This document shows, piece after piece, positions 22,024-31,102 of a DNA stretch of 64,000 nucleotides. The position numbers and the translations under genes are program-made. The notes under the pieces are model-generated. The model did not search any database. It had not been told where the DNA came from and saw only the letters and a list, made by a program, of their open reading frames with translations. Each line of letters begins with the position of its first letter. Position 1 is the first letter of the stretch. Source of the DNA: Nitrospirales bacterium (GTDB lineage Bacteria > Nitrospirota > Nitrospiria > Nitrospirales > UBA8639); the NCBI GenBank assembly GCA_963555755.3, contig OY820905.2, positions 1,792,001 through 1,856,000 of the forward strand, in the 5' to 3' direction.

Positions 22024-22880
22024 TGAAACAAAATCTAATCCTCGGCATATTAGGTGTATTCGTCTTGCTCATTATGTTGGGGGTATCCCCATTCTTTATT
22101 GTTGATCTGACGCAAACGGCCATCGTCGTCCAGCTTGGTGAACCCAAGCGAACCATCACCGAACCCGGCTTAAAGTTCAAGATTCCCTTCGTGCAAGAAG
22201 TCACCTATTTTGATAAACGACTCCTGGATTACGACGTCCCCGCTCGCGAGGTCATTACCAAAGACAAAAAGACTATTTTGATCGATAATTACGCCAAATG
22301 GAAAATCGTGGATCCCCTCCAAGTGTACAAATCATTCCAAACCCAACGGGGAGCGCTTCAACGATTGGACGATATCGTCTATTCCGAGCTTCGCGTGGAG
22401 CTAGGTGGCCATGAACTCCACGAAATTGTCTCCGCCAACCGGTTGGTGATCATGGCCAAGGTCGCACTACGAGCCAACGAAATAGCCAACAAATATGGCT
22501 TGGAAATCTTAGATGTCCGAATCAAACGCGCGGACCTGCCTGAGCAAAATGCCAAGGCCGTGTTTGATCGCATGCAAGCCGAACGGGAACGGATCGCCAA
22601 ACAGTATAAAGCCGAAGGCGCGGAAGAAGCGCAGAAAATTCGATCGGAAGCCGAAAAGGATCGCGCAATTCTTTTAGCCAATGCCTACAAAACGTCCCAA
22701 GAACTTCGCGGTGCGGGCGAGGCCAAAGCCTTCAAAATTTACGCCGATGCCTATCGGCAAGATCCCAAATTTTTTGAATTTATTCGGACCATGGAAGCCT
22801 ACGGTAAAGTCTTCTCCACAAACACCACCATGGTGCTCAGTCCCGATTCCGAGTTTTTGCGATACCTGAAAAAACGCTAA
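22023..22880 (+). CDS. hflC: FtsH protease modulator HflC
   Basis: DVRIKRADLP, RMQAERER, LSPDSEFLRY. Confidence 0.96.
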   Translation: MKQNLILGILGVFVLLIMLGVSPFFIVDLTQTAIVVQLGEPKRTITEPGLKFKIPFVQEVTYFDKRLLDYDVPAREVITKDKKTILIDNYAKWKIVDPLQVYKSFQTQRGALQRLDDIVYSELRVELGGHELHEIVSANRLVIMAKVALRANEIANKYGLEILDVRIKRADLPEQNAKAVFDRMQAERERIAKQYKAEGAEEAQKIRSEAEKDRAILLANAYKTSQELRGAGEAKAFKIYADAYRQDPKFFEFIRTMEAYGKVFSTNTTMVLSPDSEFLRYLKKR

Positions 22881-23043
22881 CCGCCTCGGTTTACAATTCA
22901 ACCTTCCTTCACATTCCGCCCTTGCTTGACCATCTCTTTTCAGGTTAAAACTCCAGCATGGCAAACCAAGGACATCAATAGGAAAAACTAGTAGAGACAC
23001 AAGTCAATCAGCCAGAAAAGTCCAAAATTCTTCCACACCAACC

Positions 23044-23313
23044 ATGCCTGAAATCGCTAGATTTTTTGGAATCATCATTCGAATGTATGTCGAACCAAGT
23101 GGCCCTCATCACCGACCACACTTTCATGCGTACTATCAAGAACATGTCGGAATTTATGCCATCGATGAAATCGAACTTCTCGCCGGCAGTCTTCCAGCTC
23201 GACAAGAACGTCTGGCTACAGCTTGGGCAGAAATCCATCAAGAAGAACTCTTAAATAACTGGAATGTCTTGCAGGCTGGTGCTCCTCCAAGTAAAATTGA
23301 ACCACTGCGGTAA
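23044..23313 (+). CDS. DUF4160 family putative toxin (DhiT-like)
   Basis: MPEIARFFGIIIRMY...HHRPHFHAYY...WAEIHQEELLNNW...KIEPLR. Confidence 0.9.
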   Translation: MPEIARFFGIIIRMYVEPSGPHHRPHFHAYYQEHVGIYAIDEIELLAGSLPARQERLATAWAEIHQEELLNNWNVLQAGAPPSKIEPLR

Positions 23314-23317
23314 CAAT

Positions 23318-23614
23318 ATGGCTCACTCAATCCATAAAGTCGTGAAGTTTGAAAAGGTGGCTCCGTTCACCCTCAACGTTGAATTTGAGGACGGCGCACA
23401 TCAGGTCATCGACTTTCAACCAGTTTTACGGGGAGAGGTATATGGACCGTTGAACGATGCACGTGTATTTGATCAGGCTTGTTTAGACGAAGAAGTCCAT
23501 ACTATCGTGTGGCCCAATGGAGCGGACTTTGATCCTGCCACACTCTATGATTGGCCTCAAGCCGGACCAAAACTTGAAGCGCTGACAAAATGCTGGAAAA
23601 CAAAGGTCGGATAG
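23318..23614 (+). CDS. DUF2442 family putative antitoxin (DhiA-like)
   Basis: LNVEFEDG, TIVWPNGADFDPATLY. Confidence 0.9.
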   Translation: MAHSIHKVVKFEKVAPFTLNVEFEDGAHQVIDFQPVLRGEVYGPLNDARVFDQACLDEEVHTIVWPNGADFDPATLYDWPQAGPKLEALTKCWKTKVG

Positions 23615-23768
23615 CCCACACCTCCCCTTGGTGCTCAGTCCCGATTCCGAGTTTTTGCGATACCTAAAAAAACGGTAACCGCGTCGGTTTTCACTTCATC
23701 CTCTCTCTTCAGCATTACACCACGTTTCATCCTTGCTTCACCGTCTCTTCTCACGTTAAAACAGTAAC

Positions 23769-24422
23769 ATGGCAAACCAAGAACATCTTGACCTCGTTCT
23801 TCAAGGGCTGGAGGTGTGGAATAAATTTCGGCGAACGCAGCCAGATGTCCACCCCGACCTCAGCGGTGCCGACCTGTCGGGGTATGACTTTACGCGAATG
23901 GATTTTTCGAAAACGGATTTTACCGGCGCGGATCTATCCGATGCCTACTTGCTTCGCGCCAATTTCGAAGAAGCCAACCTCACCGAAGTCAATCTCACAG
24001 AGGCAGATATTCTTGATGCCAATCTCATCAAAGCCGTGCTCACCAAAGCCACAATGGTGATGACCGACCTCAGTGGAACCGGCATGGTTCGTGCGGACCT
24101 CACAGGAGCTGACCTCTCGAAAGCCAACCTTACACGAACCGCCTTACCATGGGGAATACTGCGGGGATGCACACTCGTCGAAACCAATTTAAAATTGGCT
24201 GACCTCCGCGAAGCCGACCTCACAGATGCCGACCTTTCTCAAGCCAATCTCCAAGACGCGTCGCTCACAGGCACCATATTCAAAGGAGCCAATCTCCAAA
24301 CCACCAAAAACATTTCGCTGGAACTCTTAGGCAAAACCAGCACTCTTCACAATGCCCAACTCGATTCAGAGATTAAAAAAGAAATTGAGAAGAGCTATTC
24401 TCACCTCCTAAAGGACGCTTAG
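23769..24422 (+). CDS. Pentapeptide repeat protein
   Basis: MANQEHL..L.QG..VWN; tandem A(D/N)Lxx repeats. Confidence 0.93.
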   Translation: MANQEHLDLVLQGLEVWNKFRRTQPDVHPDLSGADLSGYDFTRMDFSKTDFTGADLSDAYLLRANFEEANLTEVNLTEADILDANLIKAVLTKATMVMTDLSGTGMVRADLTGADLSKANLTRTALPWGILRGCTLVETNLKLADLREADLTDADLSQANLQDASLTGTIFKGANLQTTKNISLELLGKTSTLHNAQLDSEIKKEIEKSYSHLLKDA

Positions 24423-24584
24423 CACCCAACCGTCATTTCGTTTCCTTCTGTCATTTCGACCAGCGGGAGAAATCTTGTCGCCTCAACGTTAGTTCCCTAT
24501 TCTATGGGGCAAAGATTTCTCTTTCTCTTCGAAAGTACATTTGAAGTGATATAGGGTTGGCATAGTCTATCTGTCATTTTTTTA

Positions 24585-24780
24585 TGCGGGGTTTCGTCCC
24601 CACACGACGAGGTCCTTTTGTTTCGGCAAAAGGACCCAAAACCATTTTCGCCCGTGCGCGGCCCCTCTGGGGAAACTTCGCTGCCAGGCCGAATCAAATG
24701 GCTCGGAAACTCGCTCCGCTCAAACAGTCCTCGCCGAAATGCCGGATTTGGCCTGGCAGCGAAGCCGCGCACGAAGGCGG
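24585..24780 (+). repeat. Structured repeat family K, uninterrupted copy
   Basis: Conserved motifs shared with the copies at 16893 and 58400. Confidence 0.8.
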
Positions 24781-25386
24781 GGGAAATACTTAAGAAACAA
24801 ATCAAGTAAAATGGAGGGGTGAAAGGCAAACCCAATTAAAACTCAATAGTCAGTGTTTAAAGGGCTTTCATGGCCAAAAGGCAGGTTCCATGTAACAGTA
24901 TTGGGTATACTGTTACATTTTCTTTTAAATTGAAATCTTAAGGTGGGTAGATCCCCCGGCAAAGGTGGGGATGTTGTGGAAGCCGCCGAATTGGCCCGGG
25001 CTATTTTCCATCGCCTGAATCTGCCTTAGTAGAATGCCACCCTGCTTCCAAGAAATCCATCATGGCCTGCGGGATTTGTGCGCCGGACTTATCCTTGAGG
25101 GACTCTTGGAGATCGTCAGGCAGTGGAATAGCATGCTTCCGGAAAAAACTTTCAAATTCGGAATAGAGATCATTCAACCAAATTTCGGTCCTTTCCTCCT
25201 GGCTCCCAAAAAACTGGAGATGCTTCGAACTTATTGGTGATTCCCTCTGGTAATGAAAGGTCGCGTTTCGAAACAACCTGAGTTTGTCTACGAAGGGGGA
25301 ATGGAGAAGCTGGTCTATCTTGGGATCACTTAGCTTCAGATCCTTCCAGCCCTCAATCACGAGGTAAATTCCTGAATATGAGTACA

Positions 25387-26398
25387 TATGCCTTCCCATT
25401 TGACTAAGGTTAGTCCCTAGACTAGTCTGCTGGACTATGGACACAGGGTATGCTGCTGATATCTTGGATTTTTCTGTTAGGTTCCACACCGAAGAAGCGT
25501 GCTTCGAGTACTTGCGGGCGATTCGGTGGCCAGACGGGTTTATGTGTCCAGCTTGCGGTCATCGCGGTGGTTGGTGGCTCAAAAAATATTTCCGGTTTGA
25601 GTGTTCGTCGTGTCATAGACAGACATCACCGCTAAGCGGCACAGTGATGCATAGATCGCACTTGCCGCTACGGCTTTGGTTTTGGGCTGCCTATTTCGTC
25701 TCCACGCACACACCTGGCATCAGTGCTGTGCAATTGCAGCGTCAACTCAGTATCAAGAAGGTGGATAGCGCCTGGTATTTGCTCCACAGATTGCGACGAG
25801 GAATGGTACGACAGAACCGTGAACGGCTCGCAGGAACAGTTGAAGCCGATGAAACCCATATCGGTGGACCGGTAAAAGGCAAAACGGGCCGTGGCGTCGC
25901 GAAAGCGAAAACCAAGACGTTAATAGCCGGAGCCGTAGAAATTGTCACGTACACACAAGGGGATCACTTTCGAGAGAAAGCAGGGCGTTTACGATTAGCG
26001 ATTCTTCAAGACGCTGGAGAGAACGAGATCAAAGCATTCCTCAATAGCCATGTCGCTGAGGGCAGTAAGATCAAGTCCGATGGTTGGAAGGGATACTCGG
26101 CAAAAGCCTTGGCAGGATACGAACACCTGAGACGGACCCAGGGTGACCCAGCAAGTGCTGGGAAGCACGCTCCACACATCCATAGAGCGTTCGGCAATCT
26201 GCAGACCTGGCTGAACGGGATTCACCATGGAGTGGATTCAAAATACCTGCAACACTATCTTGATGAGTTTGTCTTTCGCTATAACCGCCGTGAGACTCCA
26301 ATGAGTACCTTCCAGAGTTTGTTGAAAATCCTGACCAGCAGCTCAAAACCCTTGGGATTCAATAAACTGAAGCAACCTTAGTTAAATGGGAAGGCATA
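25387..26398 (+). mobile_element. IS1595 family element, copy 2
   Basis: Same IRs as copy 1; TSD TGAGTACA. Confidence 0.95.
25437..26381 (+). CDS. IS1595 family transposase
   Basis: Protein identical to 9072-10016. Confidence 0.95.
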   Translation: MDTGYAADILDFSVRFHTEEACFEYLRAIRWPDGFMCPACGHRGGWWLKKYFRFECSSCHRQTSPLSGTVMHRSHLPLRLWFWAAYFVSTHTPGISAVQLQRQLSIKKVDSAWYLLHRLRRGMVRQNRERLAGTVEADETHIGGPVKGKTGRGVAKAKTKTLIAGAVEIVTYTQGDHFREKAGRLRLAILQDAGENEIKAFLNSHVAEGSKIKSDGWKGYSAKALAGYEHLRRTQGDPASAGKHAPHIHRAFGNLQTWLNGIHHGVDSKYLQHYLDEFVFRYNRRETPMSTFQSLLKILTSSSKPLGFNKLKQP

Positions 26399-26519
26399 TG
26401 AGTACATTAAGTAAATCCCTGGGGGAAAACAAAGGAAAACCTCTAAGCCCAGTTTTTCGTTGCTTACTATTTGCAACCAATCTTCATTCATTTCTCGACA
26501 ATACAAAACCCGCATGTGT

Positions 26520-27801
26520 GAGAGAAGGACCCGGAAAAATTGACACTGTCTTAAGTGGATAGGTAGACCTGTTTCAATCATCTTCATGTCCTTTACAGGA
26601 GCTTATCATGAGTAGACGAATCCGACGAAATCACCAACCTGCATGCAAGGCGAAAGTGGCGCTTGCTGCCCTGAAGGGCGATTTTACCACTGCCGAATGA
26701 GCGAAGAAATTTGAGGTCCACGCGAACCAGATCTCCCCATGGAAAACACAGCTACTAGAGAAGGCACCCGGAGTCTTTGATGAGAAGTGGCGCGAGACAG
26801 GCCCTCCCGTTGAGGTGAAAACCCTGCATGCCAAGATCGGGCAACTGACGTTAGAGAATGATTTTTTAGAAGGCGCGCTCGGCAAGGCCGGACTCCTGAG
26901 CGCAAGGCCATGATCGACCGGAACCATGCACTCCCCGTATCGCACCAAGCCAAGATACTCGGATTATCGAGAGGTTGTCTCTATTATCAACCTGTCCCCC
27001 TCAGTGAGCGTGACCTTGCGTTGATGCATCGTCTGGATACACTGCATCTGGCCCACCCGTTTGCCGGGTCGCGTATGTTGAGAGATTTGCTCCAATTGGA
27101 GGGCTCCAGCGTTGGGCGCACACACGTGAGAACCCTGCTGAAGCGGATGGGCATCGAAGCCCTCTATCGCCAGCCCAGGACGACTCAGAGGCATCGAGGA
27201 CACGCCGTATATCCGTACTTACTCAGGAATCTATCCATTACGCGGCCCAATCAGGTGAGGGCCTCGGATGTCAGCTACCTTCCGATAGCCCATGGATTTG
27301 TCTATCTGACGGTCAGGCTAGACAGGTATAGTCGCCGAGTCCTGTCATGGCGTGTGTCGGTAACGATGGATGGGGAATGTATCATGGATGCCTTGGAAGA
27401 GGCGATTGAGAAATATGGCTGTCCAGCAATCATGAACACGGATCAAGGCAGGCAATATACCAGTGAGCGATTCATCCAAGCGCTCAAGGAGCGAGATATT
27501 CAAATGAGCATGGACGGCAAAGGAGCCTGGCGTGACAACATTTTCGTTGAACGCCTGTGGCGATCAGTCAAATATGAGGATATGTACTTACATGCCTATG
27601 AGACGCCGAATGAGGTCAAACAAGGCCTGAAACGGTATTTTCAATTCTACAATACCAGTCGTCCACATCAAGCCCATACGGACCAGACACCTGATACGGC
27701 GTATTTCAACCTGTTGCCTGTAGCCGAGGTAGCATAATTCATTGGGATACTTTCCACTTAAGACTTGGCTTGGGGTGTTCAGATAAACGGGACCACCTCT
27801 A
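26520..27801 (+). mobile_element. IS3 family element, decayed (orfA 26608-26913 with TGA at 26698; orfB 26910-27737)
   Basis: KAKVALAAL and LHAKIGQLTLENDFL in orfA; YPYLLRNL, NTDQG, MDGKGAWRDNIFVERLWRSVKYE in orfB; imperfect IRs. Confidence 0.88.
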
Positions 27802-27831
27802 ACTACAATTAAAGAGAAAGAAGGGAACGAC

Positions 27832-28097
27832 CTAGTGTTTAGAGTCAGGGTTGTTGCTTCGTCGGATGACGACGATGCGGCCGAGGAGATGATTGGGCGG
27901 GTTTACGGATGTTTCGATTAAATCGATTCGAGAGCCTACGCCTTGGAGTATGCGAAGGCCTTGGGAGGTTTGGACGAAGCCTTTGGCTCGGAGGGCTTGA
28001 TGGGATTGGATTTGTTTAATGAGGGTGTCGGGATCAATGCCGGGGTCTAGCTGGATTTCTTCAGATTCAAAGGCCTCGTAGGTATGAGGGAATTGCT
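27832..28097 (-). pseudogene. Orphan diverged copy of the last ~87 codons of cobW
   Basis: Open frame QFPHTYEAFESEEIQLDPGIDPDTLIKQIQSHQALRAKGFVQ...RRSNNPDSKH*; 13 amino-acid differences from 28775-29040. Confidence 0.85.
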
Positions 28098-28144
28098 ATA
28101 TTTCTTCCTAGAAGATAAGCTTTATCTCTGCCTGGAGGTGAATC

Positions 28145-28375
28145 ATGAATTGGGAAGAGCGGATACAGGTTGATCCAAATGTTCTTGTGGGGAAACCCGT
28201 GATAAAGGGGACACGCTTGGCGGTTGAGTTTATCATCGACCTCTTAGCTCAAGGATGGACCGAAAAGCAGATACAGGAGAATTATCCTGGCATTACTCAT
28301 GAAGACATTCAAGCCTGTCTTGCTTACGCCAGCGCTATCTTGCATGCCGAACGGGTTTTCCCCCTACCGACTTGA
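28145..28375 (+). CDS. DUF433 antitoxin
   Basis: RIQVDPNVLVGKPVIKGTRL...YPGITHEDIQACLAYA. Confidence 0.93.
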   Translation: MNWEERIQVDPNVLVGKPVIKGTRLAVEFIIDLLAQGWTEKQIQENYPGITHEDIQACLAYASAILHAERVFPLPT

Positions 28376-28378
28376 CCC

Positions 28379-28744
28379 GTGCGCATTCTTGCCAATGAAA
28401 ATGTGCCAGGTGAGATTGTTCAGGCACTAAGAGATCGAGACCATGATGTCAGCTGGATACGAATTGATGCTCCTGGAAGTGTGGACACCGAAGTACTTTC
28501 CCGCGCTCAAACAGAAGATCGCCTCCTCTTAACCTTTGATAAGGATTTCGGAGAACTTGCCTTCCGATGGGGACTCCAAGTCTCTAGTGGCATTATTCTT
28601 ATTCGTCTCTCTGCTCCTTCCCCCACCCAACTTCAACAATCAGTGATTTCCGCACTCGAAAGCCGAGATGATTGGGCCGGAATGTTTTCAGTTATTGAAA
28701 CAAGCCGAATCCGTACCACACCCTTACCTCCACAGGTCAAATAA
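28379..28744 (+). CDS. DUF5615 PIN-like toxin
   Basis: MRILANENV, LLTFDKDFGELAF. Confidence 0.92.
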   Translation: MRILANENVPGEIVQALRDRDHDVSWIRIDAPGSVDTEVLSRAQTEDRLLLTFDKDFGELAFRWGLQVSSGIILIRLSAPSPTQLQQSVISALESRDDWAGMFSVIETSRIRTTPLPPQVK

Positions 28745-28774
28745 CTCGTCAATCCCTGGATAGAAGGAAACAGT

Positions 28775-29689
28775 CTAGTGTGTTGAATCTGGTTTGGTGC
28801 TTCTTCGAATGACGACGATGCGGTTGAGGAGATGGGCTGGGGGATTTACGGTGGTTTCGATTAGGTCGATTCGAGAGCCTACGCCTTGAAGTATGCGAAG
28901 GCCTTGGGAGGTTTGGACGAAGCCTTTGGCTCGGAGGGCTTGGTGGGATTGGACTTGCTTGATAAGGGTTTCCGGATCGATACCGGGCGCTATTTGGATT
29001 TCTTCAGATTCAAAGGCCTCATGGGTATGCGATACCTGTTGATCGCGCTGGTGTTTGGCCTGAGTCTCCGGGTCTGGAGTAAATAAGACTTTGGACTCGA
29101 CATTTGCATTGGTGGCACGAATGAGTGGAGTGCCCGGGGCCATGTGCTCTAATTGTTTCTCAATCAGATCGAGTTGATCGGCCTCGATCAAATCAATTTT
29201 ATTGACGATGAGGAGATCTGCCGATGACACTTGTTGCTCGAAGGTTCCGCTTAAGTCACGCCCTTCTGCAACTTGTTCGGCATTGACTACGACCACCGTA
29301 ATACTATCGCCTACCCATTCAGTCACCGGTTCTCGCCAAAAATTGATAAGCGTTTCGAACGGTAAGGCCACGCCTGAGGTTTCAACGACAATCCGATCTG
29401 GCTGAACCTCTTCCCACAGTTGCTGTAAGGTCTTCACTAACTCATCGGACAGCTTACAGCAGACACAGCCGCCTTCCAATTCGACATAGCTGTTGGAGCC
29501 TTGATTGCCCAGCAATGCCTGATCAATGCCTAAGGCCCCGAATTCGTTCGATACGATTGCCAGTCGCAATCCTTGACGTTGTGCGTCCTTGAGAAGATGT
29601 TGAACGAGTGTGGTTTTACCCGCCCCTAAGAATCCTGACACGACGAGGGCGGGAATACCGGCGAGAGGAGCAGGCTGTGGGTTCTTCAT
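28775..29689 (-). CDS. CobW/COG0523 GTP-binding metallochaperone
   Basis: GFLGAGKTT, NEFG, GCVCC, ETSG, NKID. Confidence 0.93.
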   Translation of the reverse strand: MKNPQPAPLAGIPALVVSGFLGAGKTTLVQHLLKDAQRQGLRLAIVSNEFGALGIDQALLGNQGSNSYVELEGGCVCCKLSDELVKTLQQLWEEVQPDRIVVETSGVALPFETLINFWREPVTEWVGDSITVVVVNAEQVAEGRDLSGTFEQQVSSADLLIVNKIDLIEADQLDLIEKQLEHMAPGTPLIRATNANVESKVLFTPDPETQAKHQRDQQVSHTHEAFESEEIQIAPGIDPETLIKQVQSHQALRAKGFVQTSQGLRILQGVGSRIDLIETTVNPPAHLLNRIVVIRRSTKPDSTH

Positions 29690-29722
29690 GGTTGGTTAAT
29701 CAATCGAGGCAAAGGGTCCCAT

Positions 29723-29853
29723 AAACTCGAAATCCGAATATTGAAATCCGAAACAAATCAGAATTTCAAAACTCGAATGCTTCAAACGGATCTTGAAAAC
29801 TCGGAATCAAAATTTACGGTTGTTTCGGATTTCGACATTCGAGTTTCGAATTT
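29723..29853. repeat. Heptamer-type inverted repeat, second copy
   Basis: Left arm closely matches 2075-2147. Confidence 0.8.
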
Positions 29854-29862
29854 AGGACGCTT

Positions 29863-30627
29863 TTATGGCAAATCAGTCATCCCCAGACCCGGACCAATTT
29901 CATATAACAGGGAGACTTGCGCTTCGATTTTTATTTCTCCAGGCGACATCGCCACTGAAGACTCACCAGCAGCATTCGCCATGAGCATACTCGATTTCGC
30001 AAAGGATCGCCGAGGTGCAGGAACCTGCGACCTACCTTCTTGGACGGTCAACAATTCCACCAACTGAACATCTAAGGCTTGCGCTAACATCCGCGCCTTG
30101 GCTTTGGCTTTCTTTGCGGCTTGGGCTAAGGCTTGGAGATATATCGGGTGTCGGTCACGCACAATCCATTGGATCCCATTGAAATGATTGGCTCCTGCCT
30201 TCAATGCCCTGTCGGCTACAGCCCCGACCTTGTCCAAATCTCGGACCTCGACCTTTAGCCCATTTCGCACGGTATACCCAAGAATCCTGGGCGGTTCATA
30301 TTTGACAGGCTCATTTGGCCGCCGACGTGGTGGCGGAGCATATTTTGGCGTGACATCAAAAGAGGTGGTTTGAATGCGCGCTTCGGGAATGCCAAGACGG
30401 CTAAGGGCTGTCATCACCCGTTGCATGCGATCTCGATTTTCATCCACGACTTGCTCAAATGATTCGCCCGCGGTCTCCACCGAAAAATTGACAATGGCCG
30501 TGTCAGGTGCCAACTGAATCGACCCTTTGGCCGAAGCACTCATGGTCGAGGGATCATCTGTATCTTCATGAGCCCAGGCAGCGGTAGCCGACATGATGAC
30601 CAGTAGCCCAAAGACGAGAAATCTCAT
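29863..30627 (-). CDS. SIMPL (DUF541) domain exported protein
   Basis: Signal peptide, PDTAIV, IQTTSF, AKAKARMLAQAL, PGEIKI; GGAGG RBS. Confidence 0.9.
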   Translation of the reverse strand: MRFLVFGLLVIMSATAAWAHEDTDDPSTMSASAKGSIQLAPDTAIVNFSVETAGESFEQVVDENRDRMQRVMTALSRLGIPEARIQTTSFDVTPKYAPPPRRRPNEPVKYEPPRILGYTVRNGLKVEVRDLDKVGAVADRALKAGANHFNGIQWIVRDRHPIYLQALAQAAKKAKAKARMLAQALDVQLVELLTVQEGRSQVPAPRRSFAKSSMLMANAAGESSVAMSPGEIKIEAQVSLLYEIGPGLGMTDLP

Positions 30628-30722
30628 GGGACCTCCTTTGGTGTGGAGAAAACTTACAGGACGACTCGTTGTCTCAATTGCCCACATTGACAACCATGGT
30701 CCGCCTTTACGAAAATGTCGGA

Positions 30723-30899
30723 ATGGAAACATCTACAACCGAATCACCTGCGTCTACCCCAGAATCCGAACTCCCCGACCGCCTATGTGCGTGGTGCAAG
30801 ATCAATATGAGTAAGCGCCTGGTCGGTGAGGGACGCTTTATTCATTACACATGCCCGCAATGTATTTTTCAACATACCTCGAAGCATGAAGACTCGTGA
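30723..30899 (+). CDS. Small zinc-ribbon protein
   Basis: CAWC...CPQC. Confidence 0.6.
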   Translation: METSTTESPASTPESELPDRLCAWCKINMSKRLVGEGRFIHYTCPQCIFQHTSKHEDS

Positions 30900-31102
30900 A
30901 GCGTGATGAGTAATGCGTCATGAGTAAAAAGCTGAGAAGAAAATAGGGATTTCTTCACGCTTCACGTATTACGTTCTTCGGATGCCCTTCCCCATAGAAT
31001 ATTTCAATTAGTCGTCCGGAAAGGACTGAGTCCTGGTGCGTCATGAGTGAAGGGATCCAACTTCCCCACGCTTTACGCCTCACGGATCACGCTTTACGTC
31101 TT

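Larger units (their letters stand above)
25001..26515 (-). pseudogene. Hypothetical gene split by IS1595, with IS3 inserted at its 5' end
   Basis: Removing the IS and one TSD rejoins ...FPPGIYLMYSYSGIYLVIEGW...RLFRNATFHYQ. Confidence 0.7.

Noticed and set aside
6425..27737. UGA recoded as Leu or another amino acid
   Set aside because: Core genes (recJ, zwf, alcohol dehydrogenase, GH15) end in TGA at expected lengths and no intact host gene shows internal TGA; a mutation bias explains the stops
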